Shown here: positions 51,448-61,099 of the stretch, piece after piece
How positions within the stretch are numbered: the first letter of the stretch is position 1
How the letters are laid out: each line of letters opens with the position of its first letter
Assembly: GCA_963708025.1 (NCBI GenBank)
Contig: CAVPSB010000016.1
Coordinates: 384,001-448,000, forward strand
Reading direction: 5' to 3'
DNA from: an uncultured Candidatus Rokubacteria bacterium
GTDB lineage: Bacteria; Methylomirabilota; Methylomirabilia; Rokubacteriales; DASRDR01
DNA: 64,000 nucleotides
Notes under the pieces: model-generated
What the model was told of the DNA's origin: nothing
The model's input: only the letters and a program-made list of their open reading frames with translations
Databases searched by the model: none
Made by a program: the position numbers and the translations under genes

Positions 51448-52284
51448 CTACTTTGCCAGGGCTTTGCGCTTCCAGAGCTCCCACGGCCGGGCGATCGTTC
51501 CCGCCACGGTCGCCTCGGTCTTGCGAGCCTCCTCCGCGTCGAGATACGTCACGGATCCGCCCAGCGCCAGGGCCTGCCCTTGCAGTCGGGCGTTGATCTC
51601 GGTGTAGACGCTCCGGAACACCGCCAGCGGGAGCGAGGAGGCCACCACGACCGCGCCGTGCCCGCGCATCAGCGCGACGGGGCGGGCGCCCAGGGTCCCG
51701 GCCAGGGCCTGGCCGAGGGCCGGGTTGCGCACCAGCATGTCGGTCGCGCCCCCCGCCGCCTGCCGGATCTCGAAGACCGGGACTCCGTCGCCGAGGAACG
51801 CGCTCATGTGGTAGACGGGGCGGAGGGGTGTCCCGGTGATGCCGAAGGGGATCAGCGAGGGCGAGTGGTTGTGGACGATCGCCGTCACGTCCGGCCGCAC
51901 CTTGTAGATCTCCCCGTGGATGAAGCGCTCGATGAACATCGCGCGCCCCTTGGGGTCCACCGGGTTGCCGTCCAGGTCGTACTCCATGAGGTCGGCGGCG
52001 ACCACCAGCTCCGGGGCCAGTGACCGCGAGAGCAGGTACCGATTGGGGTCCCGATCGTGCCGGGCGCTGACGTGGCCGTAGCCGTCGACGACGCCCTGGT
52101 CGGCCAGGATGCGGTTGGCGGCCACGAGGTCCTCGATGAGCTGAGGCGCCGCAGGCCCCGCCGACGGCGGCGCCGTCTGGGCCGCCACCCGGCGCCCCGC
52201 CAGGGCGCCGCCGAGGAGAATCCCGCAGCCGAGCGCGAACTGCCGCCGGGTGAACCGCTCGCGACCTCTCGAGCCCTCTCGCAT
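51448..52284 (-). CDS. Class II aldolase/adducin-family protein with Tat-like signal
   Basis: TRRQFAL + hydrophobic stretch + VAA; GHVSAR, E..IH..IY..RPDV..IVHNHS, LMRGHG. Confidence 0.85.
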   Translation of the reverse strand: MREGSRGRERFTRRQFALGCGILLGGALAGRRVAAQTAPPSAGPAAPQLIEDLVAANRILADQGVVDGYGHVSARHDRDPNRYLLSRSLAPELVVAADLMEYDLDGNPVDPKGRAMFIERFIHGEIYKVRPDVTAIVHNHSPSLIPFGITGTPLRPVYHMSAFLGDGVPVFEIRQAAGGATDMLVRNPALGQALAGTLGARPVALMRGHGAVVVASSLPLAVFRSVYTEINARLQGQALALGGSVTYLDAEEARKTEATVAGTIARPWELWKRKALAK

Positions 52285-52454
52285 GGGTGCCACCTCCTCG
52301 CTGTTGTGCCGCCCATCATACAGCGGGGCCCGACCGGGCGAAAACCGGCGCCGGGACGGAGCCGGCGAGCGGCAATGGTATCCTGGCGACCGGCCGGCGT
52401 CCCTCCGGACTGGGAGGCCGCGGCCCATCCGTGAACCCCGCGCAGGAGGCCACC

Positions 52455-53399
52455 GTGGATCACGTCATGACCGTCACCGGGCCCGTGCCCGCCGATCGGC
52501 TCGGGCTCACCCTGATGCACGAGCACATCTTCCTGGACCTCACCCGCGACGTGGCCGGGAAGATGAGCCTCCTGAACGACCCCGAGCTGGCCTACCGGGA
52601 GCTGATGCGCTACAAGGACGCTGGCGGCGTGACGCTGGTCGACCAGACGACGGGCGGCCTCCGCGGTCACGACCACGACCTCCTGCCCGTCAAGCACGCC
52701 CTGGCGGTCCGCGACGTGGCCAGGCGGACCGGGCTCCAGGTGGTGCTCGGCGCCGGCTGGTACCGTGAGCCGTACTACGACCGGCGGCTCTACCGGGCTC
52801 GGACCGCCCAGATCGCCGAGGAGTTGGTCCGCGACGTGACCGAAGGGATCGACGGCACCGACGTCCGGGCCGGCCTGCTCGGCGAGATCGGCGCCCACTT
52901 CACCTGGGTGTCGCCGGTCGAGGAGCGGGTGTTCCGGGCCGTCGCCCGGGCCCAGAAACGGACCGGGGTCTCCATCGCGACCCACGCGCTCCACTCGCCG
53001 GTGGGCCTCGACCAGCTCGACATCCTGGCCGAGGAGGGGGTGGACCTCCGCCGGGTGATCGTCGGTCACTGCCAGTCGTATCCGAGCCACGACTACCACG
53101 CCGAGATCGCCCGCCGCGGCGCCTACGTCTCGTTCGACCGGCTCGGCGTTCCCAACGAGTACGAGCACGAGACGATGCTCCGCCTGATCCAGCGCATGGT
53201 CCAGGCCGGCCTGACGCGCCACGTCCTGCTCTCCCAGGACGTCTGCTGGCGCTCGGACTACGTGGCGTACGGCGGCCGGGGCTACGCCTGGGTCGCGACC
53301 GGCCTCCGCGACGAGCTCTCCGCGCTCGGCGTCGCCGACGAGCAGTACCGCGCGATGACCGTCGAGAATCCCCGCCGCGCGCTCACCGGCGGCGGCTGA
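52455..53399 (+). CDS. Phosphotriesterase-homology (PHP) amidohydrolase
   Basis: TVTGPV..LGLTLMHEH, GEIG, ATHA, VGHC, LSQD; AGGAGG RBS. Confidence 0.9.
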   Translation: MDHVMTVTGPVPADRLGLTLMHEHIFLDLTRDVAGKMSLLNDPELAYRELMRYKDAGGVTLVDQTTGGLRGHDHDLLPVKHALAVRDVARRTGLQVVLGAGWYREPYYDRRLYRARTAQIAEELVRDVTEGIDGTDVRAGLLGEIGAHFTWVSPVEERVFRAVARAQKRTGVSIATHALHSPVGLDQLDILAEEGVDLRRVIVGHCQSYPSHDYHAEIARRGAYVSFDRLGVPNEYEHETMLRLIQRMVQAGLTRHVLLSQDVCWRSDYVAYGGRGYAWVATGLRDELSALGVADEQYRAMTVENPRRALTGGG

Positions 53400-53403
53400 G
53401 GCG

Positions 53404-54669
53404 ATGAGCAACTTCGAGCTGTCGGTCCTGTTCTTCCTGCAGATGGCGGTCATCCTGGCCGCCTGCCGGCTGGTGGGCGTCATCGCCCGGTACGTCGGCC
53501 AGCCGCCGGTGGTGAGCGAGATGATCGCCGGGGTGGTCCTGGGCCCGTCCCTCTTCGGCGCGGTGCTGCCGGGCGTCCACGGCCTCCTGTTCCCCCGCCC
53601 GTCGATGACCATCATCTTCGCCGTCGCCCAGCTCGGGCTCGCCGTGTACATGTTCCTGGTCGGCGTGGAGTTCCGGGCGGACCTGATCCGGCAGCGGGTC
53701 CGGAGCGCCGCCTCGGTCTCGGCGGCGGGGATCCTGGCCCCGTTCGCCCTCGGCAGCCTCATCGCGCTGCTCGTCCACGGCGACGGCGCGATGTTCACCG
53801 AGACGGTGGGGGTCGGCCAGGCGGTCCTGTACCTGGGCGCGGCCATGTCGATCACGGCGTTCCCCATGCTGGCCCGGATCATCCACGAGCGCGGCCTGGC
53901 CGGCACCGCGCTGGGCACGCTGGCCCTGGCGGCGGGGTCGATGGACGACGCGGCGGCGTGGTGCATGCTCGCCATCGTCCTGGCCAGCTTCGGCAGCGCG
54001 CCCATGGTCGCGGTGCTGGCGATCGGGGGCGGCGTCCTCTATACGCTGATGGTGCTGCTGGCCGTCCGGCCGGCGCTCGCCCCGCTGGCCCGGCGGGTGG
54101 AGCGCAGCCAGGCCATGAGCTCCCCGATGCTGAGCTTCGTGCTCATGCTGGCCATGCTCGGCTCCTGGTTCACCGATCGAATCGGGATCTACGCCGTGTT
54201 CGGGGCGTTCATCCTGGGGACGGCCATGCCCCGCGGGAAGTTCGCCGAGGAGCTGCAGCGGCTGATGATGCCGCTGACGACCAACCTGCTGCTGCCGCTC
54301 TTCTTCGTCTATTCCGGCCTGAACACGAAGATCGGGCTCGTGAACACGCCCTACCTGTGGGGCGTCGCCCTGGGGGTGCTGGCGGCGGCGTGTCTGGGCA
54401 AGGGCGTGGCGTGCTGGCTAGCCGCCCGCCTCCACGGCGAGCCGAGCGGCGAGGCGCTGGCCATCGGCGCGCTCATGAACGCCCGTGGGCTGATGGAGCT
54501 GATCATCCTCAACATCGGGTACGAGCGGGGGATCATCACCCAGACGCTGTTCTCGATCATGGTGCTGATGGCGGTCGTCACCACGCTGATGGCGACGCCG
54601 ATCTTCGAGGTGGTCTACGGGCGCCGCGGCCGGCTGCTGGGTACCGTGGGGGTGGTGCGGACGACGTAG
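53404..54669 (+). CDS. Cation:proton antiporter (CPA2)
   Basis: GQPPVVSEMIAGVVLGPS, SITAFPMLARI, SMDD, MNARGLMELI. Confidence 0.92.
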   Translation: MSNFELSVLFFLQMAVILAACRLVGVIARYVGQPPVVSEMIAGVVLGPSLFGAVLPGVHGLLFPRPSMTIIFAVAQLGLAVYMFLVGVEFRADLIRQRVRSAASVSAAGILAPFALGSLIALLVHGDGAMFTETVGVGQAVLYLGAAMSITAFPMLARIIHERGLAGTALGTLALAAGSMDDAAAWCMLAIVLASFGSAPMVAVLAIGGGVLYTLMVLLAVRPALAPLARRVERSQAMSSPMLSFVLMLAMLGSWFTDRIGIYAVFGAFILGTAMPRGKFAEELQRLMMPLTTNLLLPLFFVYSGLNTKIGLVNTPYLWGVALGVLAAACLGKGVACWLAARLHGEPSGEALAIGALMNARGLMELIILNIGYERGIITQTLFSIMVLMAVVTTLMATPIFEVVYGRRGRLLGTVGVVRTT

Positions 54670-54792
54670 ACGACGGCGCCAGCCCTGATCGGGACGGTCA
54701 CCTGTCCCAATTGAGACAAGGCCCTGTTTCTTCGGGCTTTCCCCGGTGGCGGGTGTTATGTTCTTGCCACACGGATCAGAGGCCCGGCGCCC

Positions 54793-55521
54793 GTGAAGAC
54801 CATCCTGCTCATCGAGAACGATCCCGCGATTCTCCGCCTCGAGCAGCAGGTGCTGCGCGACGCGGGCTATGCCGCGGACCCCGTGGGCGACGGCCAGCAG
54901 GCGCGGACGAAGCTGAAGGCCACCCCCTACCACGGGATCGTGCTGGACCTCACCGTGGCCGGCAGCGAGGGCTACACCCTGGCCGCGCAGATCGGCGGAC
55001 TGGACGCCAACCGGCACACGCCCCTCATCATCCTCGGCTCGGACGAGCCCGACGGCCGGCGGCGAGCGTTCGACGCGGGGGCCATGGCCTTCCTTCCCAA
55101 GCCGTTCACCGCCGAAGCGTTCCGCGCCGTGATCCACAGCGTCATCAGCCCGACCGGGCCTCGAGCGCCCGCCGCCCCCGGCGTCGCGATCGGACGGGCG
55201 TCCCGCCCGGTCGCGCCGGCCCCGCCGGCGGCCTCGCCGGCCGAGGCGGAGCTCGAGGCGGGGCCGGTGGACGGATCGATCCCGGTGAGCTTCCAGGGCG
55301 GACCGGTCTACTGGTGTCCGCCGAACGCCGAGGGCACGTGGCGTTGTGGCCGCTGCGAGCTCGGCGTCATCGGGGCGGCGGAGGTCGGGAGCAGCTGCGG
55401 CATCTGCCAGGCCGCAGTCGTGCAGTTCCGGGCAGGATCGGGATCGGGCATCGGGTGGCTGATCGTCTTCATCGCGCTCGGTCTGCTGATCGGGTGGGCG
55501 GTGCTCGAGTGGTGGTCGTAG
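54793..55521 (+). CDS. Receiver + Pro/Ala linker + Zn-ribbon + C-terminal TM helix
   Basis: ILLIEND, IVLDL, LPKPF; CGRC...CGIC; GWLIVFIALGLLIGWAVL. Confidence 0.75.
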   Translation: MKTILLIENDPAILRLEQQVLRDAGYAADPVGDGQQARTKLKATPYHGIVLDLTVAGSEGYTLAAQIGGLDANRHTPLIILGSDEPDGRRRAFDAGAMAFLPKPFTAEAFRAVIHSVISPTGPRAPAAPGVAIGRASRPVAPAPPAASPAEAELEAGPVDGSIPVSFQGGPVYWCPPNAEGTWRCGRCELGVIGAAEVGSSCGICQAAVVQFRAGSGSGIGWLIVFIALGLLIGWAVLEWWS

Positions 55522-55654
55522 CTCGCCGGAGACGGTAACGGCGGGGAGGCCACCGCCCCTGCCCGCCCGGGCCCCCTTCCAGGCTCGGCAGGCCTGGGCC
55601 TCCGGCCGCGCGGAGACGACGACGCTTCCCGGAGGTCGACCCGCTGGCGGGTCC

Positions 55655-57454
55655 TCAGTCCCTGAACCTGCGGGCCAGTCGCTCGAGCCCGTCCACGACG
55701 TCCTGCCGTTCCCGGAGGAGGAGCTGAAAGTGCTTCTCCTGCTCGCGCAGCGCTTGCATTGCCGCCTCGTGCTCCTGCAACAGGGTCGTGTACTGCGACT
55801 GTAGCCGTGTCAGCGTTTCTTCGATCTCTGCTTGTCGCATGGATGTCTCCTGTCGCGTCAGCAGGCCGTCCCCGCGCCTCTGCCGCGCCTGGCCGCTTTC
55901 CGGCCCCGCATCGATCACTGCTGCGGCCTGCGCCGGGCCCGGGCCGACCTCCCTCTGATAGGAGAAGATCGCCTCCCGGATCTCAGCGTGCGTCGCCGTC
56001 ACCACCTCGATGGCGCATCCGGTTCGCTCGTGCAGGTCCGCGATGACGTCGACATCGGTGGGGTCGTCCATGACGACCGTCAGCCCCGCCGCCGTCGCCC
56101 CGATCGGAAGGACGCGATGTCGCTCCGCGAACTCGACTGGGACCAGAACGGCGAGCTTCGGGTCGATCAACGTTCGGTCCAGCTCGACGAATCCGATCCG
56201 GAGCTGCTTGCACAGCGCTTCTCTGAGCGTTCGCTCAGACAGATAGTCCATGTGGATCAGGACCTCACCGAGCCGGAGCCCGCTCGCTTGCTGCTCTCGG
56301 ACCGCGTCCTGTAGCTGTTCCTCCGTGATGACATTCGTCTCGACCAGCAGGTCCCCGATCCGATACTTCCTCTTGTGTCCTTCGAGGAGGTCGTTGAACT
56401 GACGGCGGATCACCCGCTGCCGATCGAGCGGGAGGTGCCCCAAGGGCGTGCCGGGCTTCTCCTGAGCCTGCGCCTGGAAAGCCGCCTGAAGCCGACCTTC
56501 GGACACGAATCTTTCACCGAGAGCGAGCTCGTCGACCGGGCGATGCGGCCGGCCATCGGTGCTTCCCGGGCCGTCGCGCTCCAGGTCGTGGACGGCTGTC
56601 CGGGCGCCGTTCGGCGCGACGATCGCGAGTCGGCCCCCAATCGCCAGATCGGAGGTCGCCGACGCGCGACGGCCACTCCCGATCGCCGCATCCCGGAGCG
56701 CCGACCAGAACTCCCCCGCGGAGTGGAAAGGGGCGCCGCCGCGCCGGAGGGACGCCCTCAGCACCGCTTCCACCTCACGCGGCACATCGAGTCGCCGTTC
56801 GGCCGCGAGTGTCAGCCAGGGTTCGCCCGACAGCATCGCGTACGCCGCCAGACCCAGCGAATGGACGTCCGCCCAGGATGACCCGTGCTCCACAAGCCTC
56901 GCCCGCCCAGCCAGCCGGCGTGCACGCGAGCCCGCCGCCACCGCCGCGGACGTCGGCAGCCCGAAATCCCTCACTCGGACCCGCAGCGCACCAGCCGGGT
57001 CCCGGGCCGGGAAGATCGAATCGAGGGCGATCGACCGATTGCGCACGCCGAACTGCTGCCCGATGTGCAGGACCCTGGAACACTGGCCGACGATGTCGAT
57101 CACCGTCGCCAGCGCCAGCGGACCATGGACCAGAAGCCGGCTGGCCACGCTGGGTCCGTCCAGCCACTCCGTCACCACGTACAGGCGGCCGTCGGCCGCC
57201 TGCTCGCATTCGTACACCGGCGCGATGTTGGGATGACGGATCAGCGCAATGGTCGCGATCTCACGGCGGAGACGCGCCGAGCTCCCACCCTGACCAGCCA
57301 GGGCGGGCGACAGGACCCGGATCAGCACGCGCCGCCGCTCCATGTCGAGCTGCTCGGCCAGCAGGGCGGTGCTCAACCCATCCGAGCCGAGCTCGGCGAT
57401 GGGTCGGTACTCCCCGGCCAGGATCTTCACCAGGCTCACCCCGATGCCACCCAT
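55655..57454 (-). CDS. Ser/Thr pseudokinase - MshEN/GspE-N - coiled-coil fusion (start uncertain)
   Basis: RHPNIAPVY, LYVVTEWLDG, DFG, DVHSLG..Y.MLSG; YRIGDLLVETNVITEEQL, RLGEVLI, VMDDP; heptad tail. Confidence 0.75.
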   Translation of the reverse strand: MGGIGVSLVKILAGEYRPIAELGSDGLSTALLAEQLDMERRRVLIRVLSPALAGQGGSSARLRREIATIALIRHPNIAPVYECEQAADGRLYVVTEWLDGPSVASRLLVHGPLALATVIDIVGQCSRVLHIGQQFGVRNRSIALDSIFPARDPAGALRVRVRDFGLPTSAAVAAGSRARRLAGRARLVEHGSSWADVHSLGLAAYAMLSGEPWLTLAAERRLDVPREVEAVLRASLRRGGAPFHSAGEFWSALRDAAIGSGRRASATSDLAIGGRLAIVAPNGARTAVHDLERDGPGSTDGRPHRPVDELALGERFVSEGRLQAAFQAQAQEKPGTPLGHLPLDRQRVIRRQFNDLLEGHKRKYRIGDLLVETNVITEEQLQDAVREQQASGLRLGEVLIHMDYLSERTLREALCKQLRIGFVELDRTLIDPKLAVLVPVEFAERHRVLPIGATAAGLTVVMDDPTDVDVIADLHERTGCAIEVVTATHAEIREAIFSYQREVGPGPAQAAAVIDAGPESGQARQRRGDGLLTRQETSMRQAEIEETLTRLQSQYTTLLQEHEAAMQALREQEKHFQLLLRERQDVVDGLERLARRFRD

Positions 57455-57525
57455 GCCGTTCGAGCGAGACTGATGCCCGTTGGCGACGATGCTGCCCCTC
57501 CCTCGGACGTCACGGTCGTCCGGTC

Positions 57526-57876
57526 TCAACATCCGAGGGCCCTTTGCACCGTCGCGCGCAACGTGTCCAGGGAGACCGGCTTCTCGAGCCGCGCGACGAT
57601 GTTCGGTCTCGACACCAGGTCATCCGGCAGGTCGGAGAGAAACCCCGACAGCACGACTACGGGAATCTGGCGGGAATGCGCCAGGAACTGGATCCCTGAC
57701 ATGCGCGGCATCCGCAGATCGAGGATGATCACGTGGGGGTACACCTGCTTCGCCAGCTCGAGGGCCTCCACCCCGTCCCGAGCGGCAACCACGGCGTAGC
57801 CGGCATCGGTGAGGACACGCACCAGGAGTCGCCGGATGGCCTTGTCGTCGTCGGCCACGAGGATCCAGTGGCGCAC
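57526..57876 (-). CDS. Single-domain response regulator (CheY-like)
   Basis: WILVADDD, ILDLRMPRMSG, VLSG, LEKPV. Confidence 0.88.
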   Translation of the reverse strand: MRHWILVADDDKAIRRLLVRVLTDAGYAVVAARDGVEALELAKQVYPHVIILDLRMPRMSGIQFLAHSRQIPVVVLSGFLSDLPDDLVSRPNIVARLEKPVSLDTLRATVQRALGC

Positions 57877-58078
57877 CTTGTCGCCTTCAGGCCCATCGAC
57901 TCCGCCGTCCTGGGCACCCTTCCTCCCTGGCTGATCTCGCCGGGTCCTGTCCCCGAGCCTCAGTCGGGCCGCCTCCACTGGTCTTCGCCTCATCAGTCCC
58001 CACGATTCGCGCCCGCACCCGTCGTGGCCGCCAGCGCGAACCGCAGCTTTCGTCGTCGTGGCAATCCACCACGTTATG

Positions 58079-58093
58079 GCAAGCCGGGTGCCA
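58079..58093 (-). promoter_or_regulatory. sigma54 -24/-12 promoter
   Basis: Minus strand TGGCAC-CCGGC-TTGC, exact consensus, upstream of the receiver/pseudokinase pair. Confidence 0.65.
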
Positions 58094-58295
58094 GTCTACG
58101 GCTCGGCCGAGATAGGTTGACCTGGCGGTGAGTTAGCCAGAACGGAGCCAGCCGAGAGCCGTGGCGACCGGTAAGGTATGGACCGGCGCCGCTCAGCTCC
58201 GCGCCGGTTTGCCGGTTTACCGGGTCGCGGGTGGAAGCCGGTTCGCGGACGTTGCCGGACAGTTCGAGACGAAAGTGGCCCGAGAAGTGCCGATG

Positions 58296-58667
58296 CTACG
58301 ACTTGAGTCGTCGCAGGAGGGCTTCCAGCTCCCCGGCGGCGAATTCGCGATCCTGCCGAAGACCCTCATGGCCTTCGCGAAGTTCCCGATGGGCCTGGAG
58401 GAGGGTCTCATGCTCGTGCTGGAGGGCTTGGTACTGAGTCCGTAGAGCTGCGAGGGTCCGTCCACTCTCCTCGGATTCCCGGCGCAACCGCTCGAAGCTT
58501 TCCTGAAGCTCGAGGAGCTCTCGCTCTTGCCGCTCCGAACGCTCGCGCAGCTCGTCGTTCGCCTTGGTCAGCCCATCGAACTGCTTGACGAAGGCATCCC
58601 AGTCAGCGACGACCGATCTGAAGACTTCAACGATCTGTGTGAGGCTCTTCGGACTCGTCTCGCCCAT
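58296..58667 (-). CDS. Coiled-coil protein; C-terminus resembles the tail of the pseudokinase-MshEN protein
   Basis: GGGAGG RBS; heptad-rich; TLAALRTQYQALQHEHETLLQAHRE...LEALLRRLKS. Confidence 0.7.
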   Translation of the reverse strand: MGETSPKSLTQIVEVFRSVVADWDAFVKQFDGLTKANDELRERSERQERELLELQESFERLRRESEESGRTLAALRTQYQALQHEHETLLQAHRELREGHEGLRQDREFAAGELEALLRRLKS

Positions 58668-58781
58668 GCCCGATCCTCCCTCGCGGATGGCCATACGGGG
58701 GCCCTTCTTGTACCCTTCTACGCCCTCCAACCCTGCAATGTGGCCGCGTCTCCAGACACTCTGGCCGACCGATCCTCGCCT

Positions 58782-59228
58782 TCAGGCCGGGGTCGGCAAG
58801 ATGCCCTCCGGTGAGCCGGAAGGGGCTGACCGAAGGTCACCGGATCTCGGTGACAGTGCGGCAGCGACGGCCTCCAGCAAGTTGCGTGTGCGAATCGGCT
58901 TAGGCAGGCGGGCCACGATGTTGAGCCCGTCACCGACGCGGAGATCCCCGTCGAGGAAGCCGGAGATGATGAGGACGGGAATTCGTTTCAGCATCGCGGA
59001 ACCACGCAGCTCCTTGAGAATGTCCTCGCCCGAGAGCCCGGGCATGCGGAGGTCGAGGATCATCAGGTCGGGGATGATCGCCTGCATGAGACCGAGAGCC
59101 TCCAGACCATTGTCGGCCGACAGCACCCGGTATCCGGCCCGGGTCAGCTCTTCAACCCAGAGTTCGCGAACCGCCGGATCGTCATCGGCTACGAGGATCC
59201 ACTTCCGCGACCCGGCACCGACGTTCAT
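58782..59228 (-). CDS. Single-domain response regulator, paralog of 57526-57876
   Basis: WILVADDD, ILDLRMPGLSG, IISGFL..NIVARLPKP. Confidence 0.88.
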   Translation of the reverse strand: MNVGAGSRKWILVADDDPAVRELWVEELTRAGYRVLSADNGLEALGLMQAIIPDLMILDLRMPGLSGEDILKELRGSAMLKRIPVLIISGFLDGDLRVGDGLNIVARLPKPIRTRNLLEAVAAALSPRSGDLRSAPSGSPEGILPTPA

Positions 59229-59293
59229 TTCCGCTGACAAGGCTTACCCGCCTCCTGGAGAAGAGATGTTCTCTTTCAGAGCCGGTCGCCTCA

Positions 59294-61099
59294 TCACGAC
59301 TCGTCCAAGACCGACTCGTCCAGCGTCACCCGCAGGACTTCCTGGGGGGTCGTGATGCCCTCGATCACCTTGAGCAGGCCGGCCTCGCGGAGGGTCATCA
59401 TCCCCCGCCGGCGGGCAGTCGCCCGGATCTCGCTCGTGGAAGCGCCACGGGCGATGAGTTCGGCGATGTCAGCGGACGTCTCCATCACTTCGTAGATGGC
59501 GATCCGGCCTCGCATCCCGGTGTGCCGGCACGCCGAGCACCCTCGCCCCCGATAGAAGGTGCACGGGCCAGGCCCGGCGACCCGGTGCCCGAGGGGCACG
59601 AGGCTCGCCTCGTCCCCCTCGTAGGGCTCGCGGCACTGGACGCAGATCCGGCGCACGAGTCGCTGGGCGACGGTCAGCCGAAGGCACGATGCCAGGAGAG
59701 TCAACGGGACGCCCATGTCGAGCAACCGGGGAATGGCCGAGGGACAATCGATCGTGTGCAGAGTGGTGAGAACCAGGTGGCCGGTGAGCGCCGCCCGGAT
59801 GCCGATCTGGGCCGTCTCGGCGTCCCGCATCTCCCCGACCAGCAGCACGTCCGGGTCATGGCGGAGGAAGGTGCGCAGGATGACGGCAAAGCTCCGCCCG
59901 ATGTCTTCGTGCACGGCCACCTGCGTCACGCCGTCGAGGTGGTACTCGACCGGATCCTCGACAGTCATGATCTTCACTTCTCGGGGACGTAGCCGGTCGA
60001 TCGCCGCGTACAGGGTGGTGGTCTTCCCGGATCCGGTCGGCCCGGTCATCAGGATCATTCCGTGCTGGGCGTCGATCGCCCGGGTGAACCTGTCGAGGTT
60101 CGAGGCCCGAAGTCCGAGATCGACCAAGCTGAGCCGCACGGCCTGCCGGTCGAGCAGTCGCATGCACAGGCTTTCTCCGGACACCGTCGGCATGCTGGAG
60201 ACCCGGACGTCGATCTCTCGGCCCTCGTAGCGCAGCCGCAGCCGCCCATCCTGCGGCAGGCGGCGTTCCGCGATGTCGAGATTGGCCATGATCTTGATCC
60301 GGGAGACGATTCCCGCCTCCACCCGCTTGGGCAACGCCTTGATCCGCTGCAGGAGGCCATCCAGTCGGTATCGCACATGGAGTCCGGCCTCGAAGGGCTC
60401 CAGGTGAATGTCGGAGGCGGACTGGGCGATCGCATCCGCAAAAATCGTGTTCACGAGCCGGATCACCGGCGCCTGGTCCGCCCAGGCCTTCAGGTCCGAC
60501 AGGTCGGCGGCGCTCCCGGGGGCCGCCCGGTCAACGATCTCGACCTCGCGGGCATCGACGTCCGTGTCCAGAAGAGCATCGGCCCGAGGGGTGTCCTCGG
60601 GCTGCTTCCCGATCGCTCGGCGAATCGCCGAGGAGGCGGCGATCGCCGGGATGACGCGCAGACTGGTCGCGAACGTGACATCATCCATGGCCTGAAGATT
60701 CGTCGGATCCGCCATGGCGACCGTCAGTGATCCGTTGATACGGCGGACAGGCACGAGATCGTATTTTTGAGCGATCCGCAACGGGATGAGTCTCAAGACG
60801 TCCGGGTCGATGATGTCCTCGAGAACTGTCACGACGGGGATCGCCAGCAGAGCGGACAGGTGGTCGACCAGCTCCGGTTCGGTGATCAGCCCGAGACGCA
60901 CCAGCACGAAGCCGAGCTTCTCGCCGGTCTCCTCCTGTTTACTCAACGCCCGGGCGAGCTCGTCCGGCGTGATGGCCCCACGCTCGAGCAGGAATTGACC
61001 GAGCCGCCGTCGAGGTCGGGCCCGGGCCAGTCCCCCCGGGACCGGGTCAACGATCTGGCCGGTGGACTCGCCCGAAGACTCCCGTCGGGAATGTCTCAT
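59294..61099 (-). CDS. GspE/PilB-family assembly ATPase with N-terminal MshEN
   Basis: RRLGQFLLERG, ASDIH, DIAERRLPQDG, GPTGSGKTT, EDPVE, DPDVLLVGEMRD, TLHT, CxxC..CxxC; ATGA overlap with the upstream gene. Confidence 0.92.
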   Translation of the reverse strand: MRHSRRESSGESTGQIVDPVPGGLARARPRRRLGQFLLERGAITPDELARALSKQEETGEKLGFVLVRLGLITEPELVDHLSALLAIPVVTVLEDIIDPDVLRLIPLRIAQKYDLVPVRRINGSLTVAMADPTNLQAMDDVTFATSLRVIPAIAASSAIRRAIGKQPEDTPRADALLDTDVDAREVEIVDRAAPGSAADLSDLKAWADQAPVIRLVNTIFADAIAQSASDIHLEPFEAGLHVRYRLDGLLQRIKALPKRVEAGIVSRIKIMANLDIAERRLPQDGRLRLRYEGREIDVRVSSMPTVSGESLCMRLLDRQAVRLSLVDLGLRASNLDRFTRAIDAQHGMILMTGPTGSGKTTTLYAAIDRLRPREVKIMTVEDPVEYHLDGVTQVAVHEDIGRSFAVILRTFLRHDPDVLLVGEMRDAETAQIGIRAALTGHLVLTTLHTIDCPSAIPRLLDMGVPLTLLASCLRLTVAQRLVRRICVQCREPYEGDEASLVPLGHRVAGPGPCTFYRGRGCSACRHTGMRGRIAIYEVMETSADIAELIARGASTSEIRATARRRGMMTLREAGLLKVIEGITTPQEVLRVTLDESVLDES

